A DNA stretch of 64,000 nt from an uncultured virus (IMG/VR IMGVR_UViG_3300049893_002526) (lineage: Duplodnaviria; Heunggongvirae; Uroviricota; Caudoviricetes): IMG/VR virus record IMGVR_UViG_3300049893_002526; one strand, given 5' to 3'. This document shows positions 9,465 to 19,406 of this stretch, in pieces. The notes under the pieces are model-generated. The model was given only the letters and a program-made list of their open reading frames with translations, did no database searches and was not told the origin of the DNA. The first letter of the stretch is position 1. Each line of letters starts with the position of its first letter. A program made the translations under genes and the position numbers.

Positions 9465-9940
9465 CGGCTCGCGTCCTGGGTTTACCTGTCCCCCGGACTC
9501 CGGCTGAGCGTGCTGCTGCGACTCCTATGGTCGCCACGGTGCTCAAGAACTACTACCGTGCCGCGCCTCCGATGCCTGGCATGGAAGGCAACGGCATGAT
9601 GACACAGCCGACTCGGTCGCTGAATGCGTATCCCGACACGTCTCAGCCTGAGATGAAAGTGCAACTGGAGCGACGTCTCCAGGCTGGCGTGTCCGACGAA
9701 GCTGCTGCCGAAGAAATTGAAGAGCTTGTTTCGGCGATTTTGGAGGATCCGTCGCTTATCGATGTGTTCCTGGCGTATATCCAGAACCTGACTCAGCAAG
9801 GTGACGAGGGTGCCGAGTACCTGAGCCGCCAGCGTCCCGCCGAATTTGATCTGCCTAACTACGGCGGTCAGTACTCGATGCTGAACGCACCCGCTTCGAA
9901 CAACATTCCGCCCAGCGTGGCATTCCAGAACCTGGGCTGA
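9437..9940 (+). CDS. hypothetical protein (putative virion protein)
   Basis: ORF, first of a translationally coupled run. Confidence 0.7.
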   Translation: MFSDSDYELAARVLGLPVPRTPAERAAATPMVATVLKNYYRAAPPMPGMEGNGMMTQPTRSLNAYPDTSQPEMKVQLERRLQAGVSDEAAAEEIEELVSAILEDPSLIDVFLAYIQNLTQQGDEGAEYLSRQRPAEFDLPNYGGQYSMLNAPASNNIPPSVAFQNLG

Positions 9941-10176
9941 TGAACCTACGCGAACAACAACTCAGGGAACGGGATGTTCGCCGTGACGCACCGGCGTTAG
10001 ATCCTGGTGCGTTTTTAAAAATGTATATTGCTTCTACATTCCCTCAGACATCTGCGTTACCTTCGCCGGAACAACTGCAGAATATGGTTGCTGCTAATAA
10101 CCCAGAAGATCAAGTAAAATCAAATAAGAAAATGGCTCTTTCGGGCACTCAATATGACAATCCGGGAGGTCAGTAA
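9940..10176 (+). CDS. hypothetical protein
   Basis: TGATG coupling. Confidence 0.65.
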   Translation: MNLREQQLRERDVRRDAPALDPGAFLKMYIASTFPQTSALPSPEQLQNMVAANNPEDQVKSNKKMALSGTQYDNPGGQ

Positions 10177-10179
10177 CTA

Positions 10180-10884
10180 ATGGTCGCTGCAGCCGCACCC
10201 GCCGCTGGCGGATTAGTCCAGTTAGCCACGCAGCTCACCGCTGCCGGCGTGGCTCCCGCCGTCATCCAGAGTATTTTACAAACTCAGACTGGCTCTCCGA
10301 CTACTGCTGATTTTGTCGGTACTCCTCCTGGATTTAACCGGCAGAATATCGTCGCACCTTTGTTAAGTTCGGCGGCCGGCGCAGCACTTCCGGATCTTGT
10401 TGCCGCGATGCGCGGCAAGCTTCCCGAAACTTCTGACGCTCCCGGTTCCAAGGCCATCCTCAGCGAGGATTTAATTCCTCGCCTGATCGAGCAAGAGCGA
10501 GCCCGTCAGCGGTTTGGTCGATTCTTTGGTCTGGACTCCGGTCCTTCGGCTGAGGATGTCTACGGTCAGATCCGAGCTGGGCGCAGCGCTGAACTTGAAG
10601 AGCTCGGTGCTCGTGAGCGTGCTCTGAAAGCTTTAGAGGGTCAGATCCAAGCTGCGATCCGGCAGATGGAACTGGGCGCTGATTTAAAGCGAGCTGAATT
10701 AGAAGTCGGCGGGGGAATCAAGCGGCAGGAACTTTCTACCCTTGGTGATATTCAGCGGCAACGTGTACAGTCCGGTTACTCGACAGCTCAAGGTCTGTTG
10801 AACACTGCGATTCAAAATATGACCGCTCCGCAGAATCTCGCTCAGAGTTCTGTGCTGCAGCAACTCGCCACCCAGGTGCCCTGA
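10180..10884 (+). CDS. putative internal virion/ejection protein
   Basis: A/G/Q-rich helical protein; function inferred from composition. Confidence 0.55.
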   Translation: MVAAAAPAAGGLVQLATQLTAAGVAPAVIQSILQTQTGSPTTADFVGTPPGFNRQNIVAPLLSSAAGAALPDLVAAMRGKLPETSDAPGSKAILSEDLIPRLIEQERARQRFGRFFGLDSGPSAEDVYGQIRAGRSAELEELGARERALKALEGQIQAAIRQMELGADLKRAELEVGGGIKRQELSTLGDIQRQRVQSGYSTAQGLLNTAIQNMTAPQNLAQSSVLQQLATQVP

Positions 10885-10885
10885 C

Positions 10886-11668
10886 ATGACGAACATCAAC
10901 GCTCGCGGCCCTTTTGAATACGCTACAGCTCTGCTTGATCCGGCAGGTTGGCTGCGTGGCGGGGGCGAACTGGCAATTCTGAACGGCAAACCCGTTCTTT
11001 GGGCAGGCCCTGCGATGGGTTGGCAGAGTCCCGAAAGTTTCGGGCGCATGGTTCAAGATCCGCAAGCTTTCGAGCGGATGACCGGTTCCAAAACACCGGC
11101 AGATATCTACGCCAAAGCCTCTTACATGGAGGGCTTTGACCCAGATAAAGGACGCCCTGCAGCTAAGCCCCCTCAACAAACTGCTGGTGCGGCTACACCT
11201 GAGTCCGGAACTTTAACCCCCGGAGAAGCACCTCCGGCACCTACTCTTCCGCCGCCTCCTTCGACTACGTTGCCTCCTACCACGACTCCGTATTCTGAAA
11301 CTACGATTCCTCAACAGCAAGACGAGACTGTTAAGGATCTTTTTGATTACTTGAAGCAGCTTGGCGATCCCGAGCGTCTTCGTCAAGTCGAGGATATGCG
11401 GCTTCAGAATCTTCTGAAGTCTCAACTTCTGACTTCTGAGCTGACTCGCCAAGGTGAGCGTGCTCGGTACGCACGCGATATCGAAAAGGCCAACATCGAT
11501 GCGTGGAAAGAGCGGCAGATAGCAATGTATAACGCTAATGCTGCTATGGCTGCCGGACTTGGTGCGGCTACTGTTGCAGCGTTCGCACCGCCTAATGCTT
11601 CTGCATTAAGTTCTACGCTTTCGGCTGCAATGCAGCCTTTTAGTAACATTGGTGTAAGGAAGGGCTGA
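10886..11668 (+). CDS. putative internal virion protein with a P/T-rich linker
   Basis: ORF; coiled-coil and hydrophobic A/G C-terminus. Confidence 0.55.
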   Translation: MTNINARGPFEYATALLDPAGWLRGGGELAILNGKPVLWAGPAMGWQSPESFGRMVQDPQAFERMTGSKTPADIYAKASYMEGFDPDKGRPAAKPPQQTAGAATPESGTLTPGEAPPAPTLPPPPSTTLPPTTTPYSETTIPQQQDETVKDLFDYLKQLGDPERLRQVEDMRLQNLLKSQLLTSELTRQGERARYARDIEKANIDAWKERQIAMYNANAAMAAGLGAATVAAFAPPNASALSSTLSAAMQPFSNIGVRKG

Positions 11669-11672
11669 TCTC

Positions 11673-12362
11673 ATGGCAATGGCACCGTTAGCCCTCGGGG
11701 CGATTAATGCAGGCGCTGCAGGCGGAGCTGCCGCAGGCGGATTAGGAGCTACTTTAGGCGGCATTGGAATGCTGGCCGGCGGACTTGGTTCTGCATTCGG
11801 CAGCATTTTCGGCGGCGGTTCTTCGCAACCCGCTGATTACAGTTCTCTTTATGCTCAACTAGCCCCGATCAATACCCGCCTGACCTACGCAGGGCAGGAG
11901 CTTATGGCGAATATGGCCCCTTATTTAGGTGCCGAAGCTGCGCAGACTAATCTGATCGGTCAGTCTATTTACGACATGTTTACGGGGGCTCGGTCTAAAG
12001 AGTCTCAAATGGCTGGTCTTCAGACCGGCATTGCTTCTCAGTTAGCTGGGGCAGCAATCGGTCAGCAGGAAATGGCGGCCAAAGGGCGTACCGCTCTGGA
12101 ACTTCTGGGCGGTGAGACTCAGGCTGATCTGGCTAAGAAAGGCGCTGACGTCTTAGGTCTTCAGTACACCAATCTGGCTAAAGGCATTACCGACGTGGGC
12201 ACTAGCGCTGCGAATACTCGTAACGCGCAGGTTCTCGCTCAGACACAAGCCAACCTAGATATCGGGAAGAACTTGGCACTTCTCAAAGGCCAAGGCGAAA
12301 AAGAATTGGCAATGCGTCGTGAAGCTCGCGGTGCTGCCCTTGGTGCTGGCGGTTTCGCATGA
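11673..12362 (+). CDS. putative ejection/pilot-like protein
   Basis: G/A-rich hydrophobic N-terminus, then A/Q helices typical of podovirus core proteins. Confidence 0.55.
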   Translation: MAMAPLALGAINAGAAGGAAAGGLGATLGGIGMLAGGLGSAFGSIFGGGSSQPADYSSLYAQLAPINTRLTYAGQELMANMAPYLGAEAAQTNLIGQSIYDMFTGARSKESQMAGLQTGIASQLAGAAIGQQEMAAKGRTALELLGGETQADLAKKGADVLGLQYTNLAKGITDVGTSAANTRNAQVLAQTQANLDIGKNLALLKGQGEKELAMRREARGAALGAGGFA

Positions 12363-12889
12363 TCAAATCTGCAATAGGTGATTCAACCACGGTTGCCTCG
12401 TGGTTAGCTTCACTTGACGCATCGAACAAAGATGCGTTTATTCACTACGCTAAAAATACTACTAGCGACATCGAAGCCTACCTATACGCCAGGTTCTTGC
12501 GCCCTGGTTACACAGGCAGCATCGCAGATTTGACCGCGTGGATCCAGGAGAAGTTTCCAAAAGAAGATCTGCGCAAAGTATTACTTCGTGAGATTGATGA
12601 CTTACAAATTGACATCCGAAATGTACGGGACATGGTACAAAATCAGATGCTTGACCCTGCCTCAGCCGCGACAAAGATTTCTGCGGTTCAGAAGGAACTT
12701 CGCAGCCATATTCAAGCTGTACGCGCTATTTCAGATGGCTTAGATCGCAGGGGTCTAATTCTCGCTGGCGCCGACCGCACCATCCGCGAGCTGATAAACA
12801 CCCTTGACGGACAGCCTGGTCTTCAACAATTAGTCGACGAGGCTGCCGTCTTGGTCTGGACTACGATTGAAAACGAAGAACGAGCTTAA
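12359..12889 (+). CDS. helical hypothetical protein (possible terminase small subunit)
   Basis: Last plus-strand gene before TerL; function suggested by position only. Confidence 0.5.
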   Translation: MIKSAIGDSTTVASWLASLDASNKDAFIHYAKNTTSDIEAYLYARFLRPGYTGSIADLTAWIQEKFPKEDLRKVLLREIDDLQIDIRNVRDMVQNQMLDPASAATKISAVQKELRSHIQAVRAISDGLDRRGLILAGADRTIRELINTLDGQPGLQQLVDEAAVLVWTTIENEERA

Positions 12890-13974
12890 TCGACTTTTCT
12901 CATCCGGCGCATAATATTTTCTAACTTAGTCCTAAAGATACCCATAAAAGCGTCGTTGACTCCCAAGGACATCACAAGCTCGTCACCTTCCATAAAGGCT
13001 CCGAACGGTAAGATCACTGCCGGCTGATTAGACACCGGATTGCCGAAAGTGTCTGTCCACTCGATGACTCTGTCGTTCAAGGAACCCGTAAACAAGGGCT
13101 CCTCGGTCATATAGGTCAGCTGAGTGAAGTCTTTGTTTACTAGATAAGCCCCGACGTGGTAAATCAGATAGGGCTTACCGTCTGGAGTGCACGTCATGTG
13201 CTTCCAGTGATAAAACACTAAGTAGCAATAGCCGAGGTCGATAGGCGCCGTGGAATTAAAAGTTGGGCAACCTTGTGCCGCTTTATCTAAAGCCTTTGTG
13301 TCGAGTTCGATGGGTGTGCCCGATTCTCGCTCGACAACTAGAGGTCGTGTTGAGTAGAGGCAATTCAGTTCGTTGTTCGCACTAAAGAACGCCCAGTTTT
13401 TTTCAGGTGCGCCCACGACTCGATTTTTTCCAATCGGAGGGATGGCTGCACTGACTGCGTCGAATTTGTCATTGATCCAGCAGACGATGACTTTAGGCTG
13501 CGAGAACAACTTATTTGGGTTCGAATCGAACTTACTGGCGTAAGTCGAAGCTACGAACTGTACATACAGATTGTCGTCAGGTCCGATAAAAAGACGCGGG
13601 TCCTCGTAACTAAGACGATGTTTTTTGGGACGAAGTTTCTTAGTGCCTATGACCGAGGCGTCATCTGATCCGAGCATCCCAAAGTAAATCTCGTTAGGTT
13701 GCCCGTTCAAATAAAAATACTTGTTGTCATATCGGAAGCCGAATGCCTCAGGCTGAGATCGCCACGCGATGTAAAGCGATCCGTTGAAGCGGACGATCGA
13801 GGGGTTGAAGTTAGCGACGTGGTCTTTTGGAAGCCCTTTTACGATTCTGGTGAATTTACCTCCCAGGCTTTCAGCTTGTTCGTAAACAGTCGGAACTCCG
13901 TCATCCGTTGATTTTGTCGGATGAATTACGTCACTGTAGAGGTGATAATAACGAGTTTGTGATTGCATGATCAA
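12886..13974 (-). CDS. GH130-like five-bladed beta-propeller glycosidase/phosphorylase
   Basis: FNPSI...R, YEDPRLF, EKNW.FF and G.ND motifs. Confidence 0.7.
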   Translation of the reverse strand: MIMQSQTRYYHLYSDVIHPTKSTDDGVPTVYEQAESLGGKFTRIVKGLPKDHVANFNPSIVRFNGSLYIAWRSQPEAFGFRYDNKYFYLNGQPNEIYFGMLGSDDASVIGTKKLRPKKHRLSYEDPRLFIGPDDNLYVQFVASTYASKFDSNPNKLFSQPKVIVCWINDKFDAVSAAIPPIGKNRVVGAPEKNWAFFSANNELNCLYSTRPLVVERESGTPIELDTKALDKAAQGCPTFNSTAPIDLGYCYLVFYHWKHMTCTPDGKPYLIYHVGAYLVNKDFTQLTYMTEEPLFTGSLNDRVIEWTDTFGNPVSNQPAVILPFGAFMEGDELVMSLGVNDAFMGIFRTKLENIMRRMRKVD

Positions 13975-15143
13975 ACTCCCAGATCCTTAATGGCTGCGCT
14001 GAAGCCTGCGGCTATCGATTCCCAGCGATATTCGGGCTTTTGTGTAACGGCGTAACACGCTTCGGCAACTTCGTTGTAGACATCCGCAGCAAAATATAAA
14101 TCGTCCAAAATGCGAGCAGCTTGCGTTATGTCGATGAGGCCTCGCTCAACTCCTAAGTCTTTATCCACAACCCATGTGGAAATGGGGATAAGTTCGGCTG
14201 CACCTTCCCAGATGTCCTGACACGCGGTGTGTTTGGGGACCACTTGAGGTTTCTGGCAGCTTGCGTGTTCGAAGCTGACGAGACCCCAGCCTTCCCCGTC
14301 GGATGTATTGATACCGACATCACAGGCGTTATAAATCGTATTTAGCAGTTCGTCCGGAGGTGCGCTCAGGTAGTTGATATTCGCCGAAGTCAGAATCAGG
14401 CGATTGGCGTCGTCTAGGCCACGGCGCTGCATCTCGTGTTTAAAGAGCGGCAGGATGTCCCAACCCATGTCTTTGGTACCCATGTGTAGGTACAGCATGG
14501 TGTCAGGTTTGTTTACTGCAAACTCGGCAAAGGTTTTGATCGTTAAATCGATGCGTTTACGAGGCTGGTTTCTGTTCGCGTTGAGAACCACGAATTTATC
14601 TTCGGGGATTCCGATTCGTTTGCGGGCTTCAGCTTTGTCGATCGGATAGAAGCGGCCGGTATCGACACCGTGGGGAAGAACAGCAAGTCGGGGGGCATTG
14701 GCCCCATATTTCATGATGCGTTCAGCAGAGGGTACGGTAAAAGTTATTGCTAAATCCCAGTGCTTTACATGCCGGAGCATATCTGGAAAATAGCTTTCGC
14801 TATCCACCGGGAAATAAGCGATGAACTTAAAGCCGATCTGATCTTTCAAAAACTGACAGCGTTCCCAGAATTGATTAACGACCCAAATGTCGTTAAGGCA
14901 GATCACGACGTCTGGTTTTTCCCTGTCAATAATTTCTGGAATTCTGCCGATTCCGAACCGATCACCTGAACCCGCAGGACAAGCCGGATATACCTTATAT
15001 GGTTTGTCGTGAGGATCGCCCGTGTGGTTGATCCCCATCACCACAATTTCGTGTTCGTTTTTAAGAACGTCCAGTACGCTGTGTGTTACTCTCGCAAAGC
15101 CTGTATTACTACAAGCATCACCATACCAAAGGATTTTCGACAT
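13971..15143 (-). CDS. glycosyltransferase, GT4/GT-B fold
   Basis: TGFARV, PHGVD...F, NRNQPRKR, EGWGL...E (E-x7-E); start ATG 15143. Confidence 0.92.
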   Translation of the reverse strand: MSKILWYGDACSNTGFARVTHSVLDVLKNEHEIVVMGINHTGDPHDKPYKVYPACPAGSGDRFGIGRIPEIIDREKPDVVICLNDIWVVNQFWERCQFLKDQIGFKFIAYFPVDSESYFPDMLRHVKHWDLAITFTVPSAERIMKYGANAPRLAVLPHGVDTGRFYPIDKAEARKRIGIPEDKFVVLNANRNQPRKRIDLTIKTFAEFAVNKPDTMLYLHMGTKDMGWDILPLFKHEMQRRGLDDANRLILTSANINYLSAPPDELLNTIYNACDVGINTSDGEGWGLVSFEHASCQKPQVVPKHTACQDIWEGAAELIPISTWVVDKDLGVERGLIDITQAARILDDLYFAADVYNEVAEACYAVTQKPEYRWESIAAGFSAAIKDLGV

Positions 15144-15197
15144 GCAAACGCGACGAATCGAGTACAATCACTATAACAGCGCTGTCAGTTTATCAAC

Positions 15198-16721
15198 ATG
15201 CCGAGTAGAGAGACTTTTGCGTATCGCCGTGGAGCTCAACTACGGGCTTTAAAGGCAGTCGAAGCGGGCGATAATAGTGCAATAGAAACTATTTATACCA
15301 AAGCAGCTAATGACTTTCACACTTTCTGTACTCTTTTAGACAAACCTCCTGCACCGCACATGCTCGAATGGCATGAGCACTTGGTAACTAATGAGAGTAA
15401 TAAGTATCTTTTGGACATAGCCGGGCCTAATCTTGATATTTTGGCGCCACGAGGTTCAGCTAAATCTACGGTGCTCAACATGTTCACCGCGTGGTGCATC
15501 GGTCGGCATACAGCCGCCAAGAGACCGCTGCAGATTATTTACGTTAGTTACAACATCGCTACCGCAATTCCGAAATCCAGGATTATTCGGCAAATCGTCG
15601 ACTCTTCAGAATTCCGCAAGATCTTCCCGACGTGCCGACTTAAGCCCGGGATGCAATCCGATATCGGCTGGTCTATTGATTATGATTACGCGAATATCCC
15701 TCGCTTAGGCGATGAAGAATTTACTCTAAGAGCTGCAGGTCTACGAGGTAGCATCACGTCTAAACGTGCTCACCTAGTGCTGATCGATGACCCTATAAAA
15801 AGCTCGGCTGACATCAAAAACCCGACGATTCGGGAGGAGATGAATAATAACTGGAGTAGCGTTATCGCTCCCATTGTGTTTGAAGGCGGTAGATCTATCT
15901 GTCTGGGCACTCGATTCCATCCGTTGGATATTCACAAAACGATGTTTGTGCCCGAAAAAGGGTGGAAGCAGGTTATGCAGGAAGCGCTGACATATGACGA
16001 CAAAGGTCAGCCTAAAAGTTACTGGCAGACTCAGTGGTCTGTCGATTATTTATTACAACAGAAAGAACTTGATCCCGTCGCATTCTGTTTCCAGTACCAA
16101 CAGCAGCCTGTAGCTACGAGCGATCTGGTTGTTTCCCCGGATCTTCTGATCAAAGGGGACGTGGCGACCGAATTCGACAGCCTGGCGCTCGGAATTGACC
16201 TTTCAGCCAGTAAAAACGAGACGTCTGACTACACGGCGTTTGTTCTTGGAGGCCGCTTAAAGGATAAGTACTATATCGTAGACGCACATCAGTGTCGTTC
16301 TATAGGAAATCTTGAAAAGATAGATCTGCTGTGTGATATGTTGCTTGAGTGGGGCATTTTGACTAAGTACAACGGGGAGTACCAGCCGACATATTCCACG
16401 GTGACGCTCGTTGTTGAATCCGTGGCATACCAAGCAAGCCTCGCTGCGGACCTGAGACGCGTTCTTTTGAACGAAAGGGGACTAAGTAATCTGCATATCC
16501 ACGAAGTTAAAGGGTTTAGAGGCGACAAAATCGCTCGTTTCCGAGGCACCTTGGGTCTTTTAGAAAATCAAAAAGTGATTTTTAACAAATATCGCAAGTT
16601 CGATGCGTTGTTCGACCAGCTGATTAACGTAGGCGCCACCGCGCATGATGACTTGTTGGACGCATACACTTGGTTAATAACTTTTCTTCAGCGGCGAGGT
16701 AGTTTTTCGGTCGAGTATTGA
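15198..16721 (+). CDS. terL: terminase large subunit
   Basis: APRGSAKST Walker A, LIDDP Walker B, GTRFH, GIDLS..., HDDLLDA RNase H-like nuclease end. Confidence 0.93.
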   Translation: MPSRETFAYRRGAQLRALKAVEAGDNSAIETIYTKAANDFHTFCTLLDKPPAPHMLEWHEHLVTNESNKYLLDIAGPNLDILAPRGSAKSTVLNMFTAWCIGRHTAAKRPLQIIYVSYNIATAIPKSRIIRQIVDSSEFRKIFPTCRLKPGMQSDIGWSIDYDYANIPRLGDEEFTLRAAGLRGSITSKRAHLVLIDDPIKSSADIKNPTIREEMNNNWSSVIAPIVFEGGRSICLGTRFHPLDIHKTMFVPEKGWKQVMQEALTYDDKGQPKSYWQTQWSVDYLLQQKELDPVAFCFQYQQQPVATSDLVVSPDLLIKGDVATEFDSLALGIDLSASKNETSDYTAFVLGGRLKDKYYIVDAHQCRSIGNLEKIDLLCDMLLEWGILTKYNGEYQPTYSTVTLVVESVAYQASLAADLRRVLLNERGLSNLHIHEVKGFRGDKIARFRGTLGLLENQKVIFNKYRKFDALFDQLINVGATAHDDLLDAYTWLITFLQRRGSFSVEY

Positions 16722-16722
16722 C

Positions 16723-17604
16723 ATGGTTTTTGACAAAACACTCTGGGTTGCTATCGCGGCTCACGATCCTTTAGCTCGGGTTGAGAAACTACTGAAGGTT
16801 TTAAAGCTCTACACAGAGTTTGAACTTAAAGTTTCTGTGTTTATATACGTGAATTATGAGGCTCAGAGTGACGTTGATAAACTAGCGCAGCTTTTAAGAC
16901 CTTTTAATGGCCTGTTAGAGCTGAATATAGTCATCGCCGGTCCCGAGTATGCCGGGTGGGGACTGACCTGGGCGCACAAACACGACTTAGTACAAGCTTG
17001 TATGAACTACAAGTACGATTATTACATATATCAGGAGAATGACATGCTTATAACTTGGGATCATTTTAAGTATTGGTTACGCTGGAAGCCTCGCTTAGCC
17101 GAGCATGGGCTTGAACCGGGGTTTATTCGCTACGAAAGCTTCAAAGGGCAAAAAATACCGTTTGATAATCACTACCGGTATCTTTTGACTAAGCGAACAC
17201 CGAACGTTTGGTCTGATCGAGGCTTCGACGTAAAGAAATTGCTCATAATTGACCGAGAGATTAAGTTTTTTGCCCAAATTGCAAGTCCTTATTACGCTGC
17301 GATGATTTTGGATAGTTTTGACGCGGTCAAATATGTCAGAAGCGACAGTATGGACCCAACAAAGAGCGTAGAAATTGTCGGATTCCGAAATTGGCCCCTT
17401 GCTGATCGAAGTTCCATGGGTTTAGCGTTCGAAAACGTCCCTTTGGGGCACGAACATCGGCGGTGCATCCCGGTTATTGAGGAAAATGGCGTTTATAAGC
17501 CTCATCCGTGCTGTTTATTAGCACATGACGACACTAAGTACTCGACAGAACTCGCTAAAAAGCAGACAGAGCTTATAACCTGCGATACAATGCTTCAGAT
17601 CTGA
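16723..17604 (+). CDS. putative GT-A fold glycosyltransferase
   Basis: YDYYIYQENDMLIT (DxD-like after a beta strand); aromatic-rich; starts 1 nt after terL. Confidence 0.55.
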   Translation: MVFDKTLWVAIAAHDPLARVEKLLKVLKLYTEFELKVSVFIYVNYEAQSDVDKLAQLLRPFNGLLELNIVIAGPEYAGWGLTWAHKHDLVQACMNYKYDYYIYQENDMLITWDHFKYWLRWKPRLAEHGLEPGFIRYESFKGQKIPFDNHYRYLLTKRTPNVWSDRGFDVKKLLIIDREIKFFAQIASPYYAAMILDSFDAVKYVRSDSMDPTKSVEIVGFRNWPLADRSSMGLAFENVPLGHEHRRCIPVIEENGVYKPHPCCLLAHDDTKYSTELAKKQTELITCDTMLQI

Positions 17605-17610
17605 ATTTTT

Positions 17611-17838
17611 ATGGACAACGTCAATCACCCTTCGCACTATACGTCAGGTGTTATTGAGTGCATCGACGCTTTGAAGGCTCAGTTAGGTCCTGAAGGGTTT
17701 AGAGACTACTGCCACGGGAATATCGCTAAATATGTTTGGCGATACAAGTTCAAAAACGGCGTGGAGGACCTCAAAAAAGCGGCTTGGTACCTTCAGTGTT
17801 TGATCGGTGAGTTAGAATCAAACAAAGAGAATCATTAA
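17611..17838 (+). CDS. DUF3310 family protein
   Basis: DNVNHPSHY...IECID...GN..KY.WR...KNG.EDLKKA.WYL. Confidence 0.9.
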   Translation: MDNVNHPSHYTSGVIECIDALKAQLGPEGFRDYCHGNIAKYVWRYKFKNGVEDLKKAAWYLQCLIGELESNKENH

Positions 17839-17841
17839 GTA

Positions 17842-18126
17842 GTGGACGTCAGAGCTTTTGGTTCGGTTTACGGTCAGACCTCGGCTTTGCCGTATGCCAG
17901 TGGCTTCGGCTGGAATCCTGCGTCAGGTTTAAAACGCTTTCCTGCGTGCCGAGCCATCTTTTTGGAAGAAGACCCTAACGCGAATAAGTCATACCTAACG
18001 GTTGAGTTAACAGACGCACCGGGCCAGCAAGCTTCGGCTACGAACCTGCAAGGTAACCAACTTATCCCTATTTCTTGTACAGCTATTATCAGCGGTAATG
18101 CTCCTGGTGTTTTTGTCTTGTACTGA
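17842..18126 (+). CDS. hypothetical (putative structural) protein
   Basis: GTG start downstream of a TAGAAT box. Confidence 0.65.
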   Translation: MDVRAFGSVYGQTSALPYASGFGWNPASGLKRFPACRAIFLEEDPNANKSYLTVELTDAPGQQASATNLQGNQLIPISCTAIISGNAPGVFVLY

Positions 18127-18323
18127 TGGCCGCTGATTACGCAAATCTGATCTCTTTACTCGGCGGCGGTGATTCGAGTTTTCGTCGAAGCACCGGTTTA
18201 GATGCCGATGACATTATTAGTTCATTGCGAAAAAGAGGCGGAGTTTCGTCTGATTTTATGTCGGCTCTTAAGTCTGATCTTTTAGCCAAAGCTCTTGCGG
18301 CGCAACAAATCGGCAGTATGTAA
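18126..18323 (+). CDS. hypothetical protein
   Basis: Coupled ORF. Confidence 0.6.
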   Translation: MAADYANLISLLGGGDSSFRRSTGLDADDIISSLRKRGGVSSDFMSALKSDLLAKALAAQQIGSM

Positions 18324-18335
18324 TAGAATATAACC

Positions 18336-18659
18336 ATGGCAGATCCGTTTCTCGAAGCTGGCGACTTTTTCACGAAGGCATTTAATGCCCAGGAATTAGC
18401 GTCACGTCGTCAACGTACCGCTCAACGGGCGGCTATGCGAAGCGATGGATACGAGAATCAAGTGAGTGAAGAAGCTCCTAACGCACCTATTCCTCCTCAG
18501 TACGGTCCCTACGGTACGTACGAAGATGAGTTCTCTCCTACTCAGGATCCCACAGAAGAAATAAAAGCGGAGATGCTTCGCAAAGCCGCCGCCAAGCGTG
18601 GTCCACGCACCGGTATTCCTGTCTCGCCGGGGGACGGAACCCCCGTGGCCAATGGCTGA
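18336..18659 (+). CDS. hypothetical protein
   Basis: ORF. Confidence 0.65.
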   Translation: MADPFLEAGDFFTKAFNAQELASRRQRTAQRAAMRSDGYENQVSEEAPNAPIPPQYGPYGTYEDEFSPTQDPTEEIKAEMLRKAAAKRGPRTGIPVSPGDGTPVANG

Positions 18660-18882
18660 AGTTGCGAAGAAGCGGGACCCTAAGAAGTGGGCCGCCGCTA
18701 AAGCTAAAGCACGCAAACGTTTAGGAGGTCATTCGGCGCGAGCTATGCAGCTTGCTGTTAAGTACTACAAGGAAGCAGGCGGAAGGTACGAGGGTAAGAA
18801 ATCAAGCGAAAACAAGCTCAGCCGTTGGGGTAAGGAAGATTGGCAAACTCGTGAAGAATACGAAAAAAGCAAAAAGTCCTAG
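18652..18882 (+). CDS. small Lys-rich protein
   Basis: Start ATG 18652; SARAMQLAVKYYKEAGGRY...W.KEDW. Confidence 0.7.
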   Translation: MAEVAKKRDPKKWAAAKAKARKRLGGHSARAMQLAVKYYKEAGGRYEGKKSSENKLSRWGKEDWQTREEYEKSKKS

Positions 18883-18884
18883 TT

Positions 18885-19103
18885 ATGGCTGATTTAGCGC
18901 GGGAAAAAGGTCGCACAGAACGCTATCTTCCCAAATCTGCGTGGGCTTCTATGAGCGCAGAAGAGCGTCGCGCTACGGATGAAAAGAAGAAACGTGCTAC
19001 TGCGGGTAATAAACCAGTAAATACTCAAGTACCGAATACTGAAAAAGCTAAAGAAGCTCGTCGTCGTGCTTCCGAATATATTAAAAGAAAGAATAAAGAC
19101 TGA
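18885..19103 (+). CDS. small Lys/Arg-rich protein
   Basis: ERYLPKSAW..MS..E...T..KK pattern. Confidence 0.7.
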   Translation: MADLAREKGRTERYLPKSAWASMSAEERRATDEKKKRATAGNKPVNTQVPNTEKAKEARRRASEYIKRKNKD

Positions 19104-19354
19104 TGGCTAAGATTCGCATGGCCGGAGAAGTGTTTGACGGGTATAACAAACCTCGTCGTGATTCTGGCGGCGGTAAGAAATTTGCCGTGGCCGCGAAAGA
19201 AGGTGATCAGGTTCGTTTGGTTCGTTTTGGCGATCCGAACATGACAATTAAGAAACACATCCCAGAGAGACGCGCCAATTTCAGAGCGCGACATAACTGC
19301 GATAACCCAGGGAGTAAGTTAAAAGCTCGCTATTGGGCGTGCCGCAGCTGGTGA
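19103..19354 (+). CDS. small basic protein
   Basis: VRFGDPNM.IK...P.RR.NFRARHNC...ARYWAC..W. Confidence 0.75.
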   Translation: MAKIRMAGEVFDGYNKPRRDSGGGKKFAVAAKEGDQVRLVRFGDPNMTIKKHIPERRANFRARHNCDNPGSKLKARYWACRSW

Positions 19355-19406
19355 GTGCTTTTCTTGCTAAATCTTGCTAAGCTATGCAGGCCCGTTCCGG
19401 CCTTCC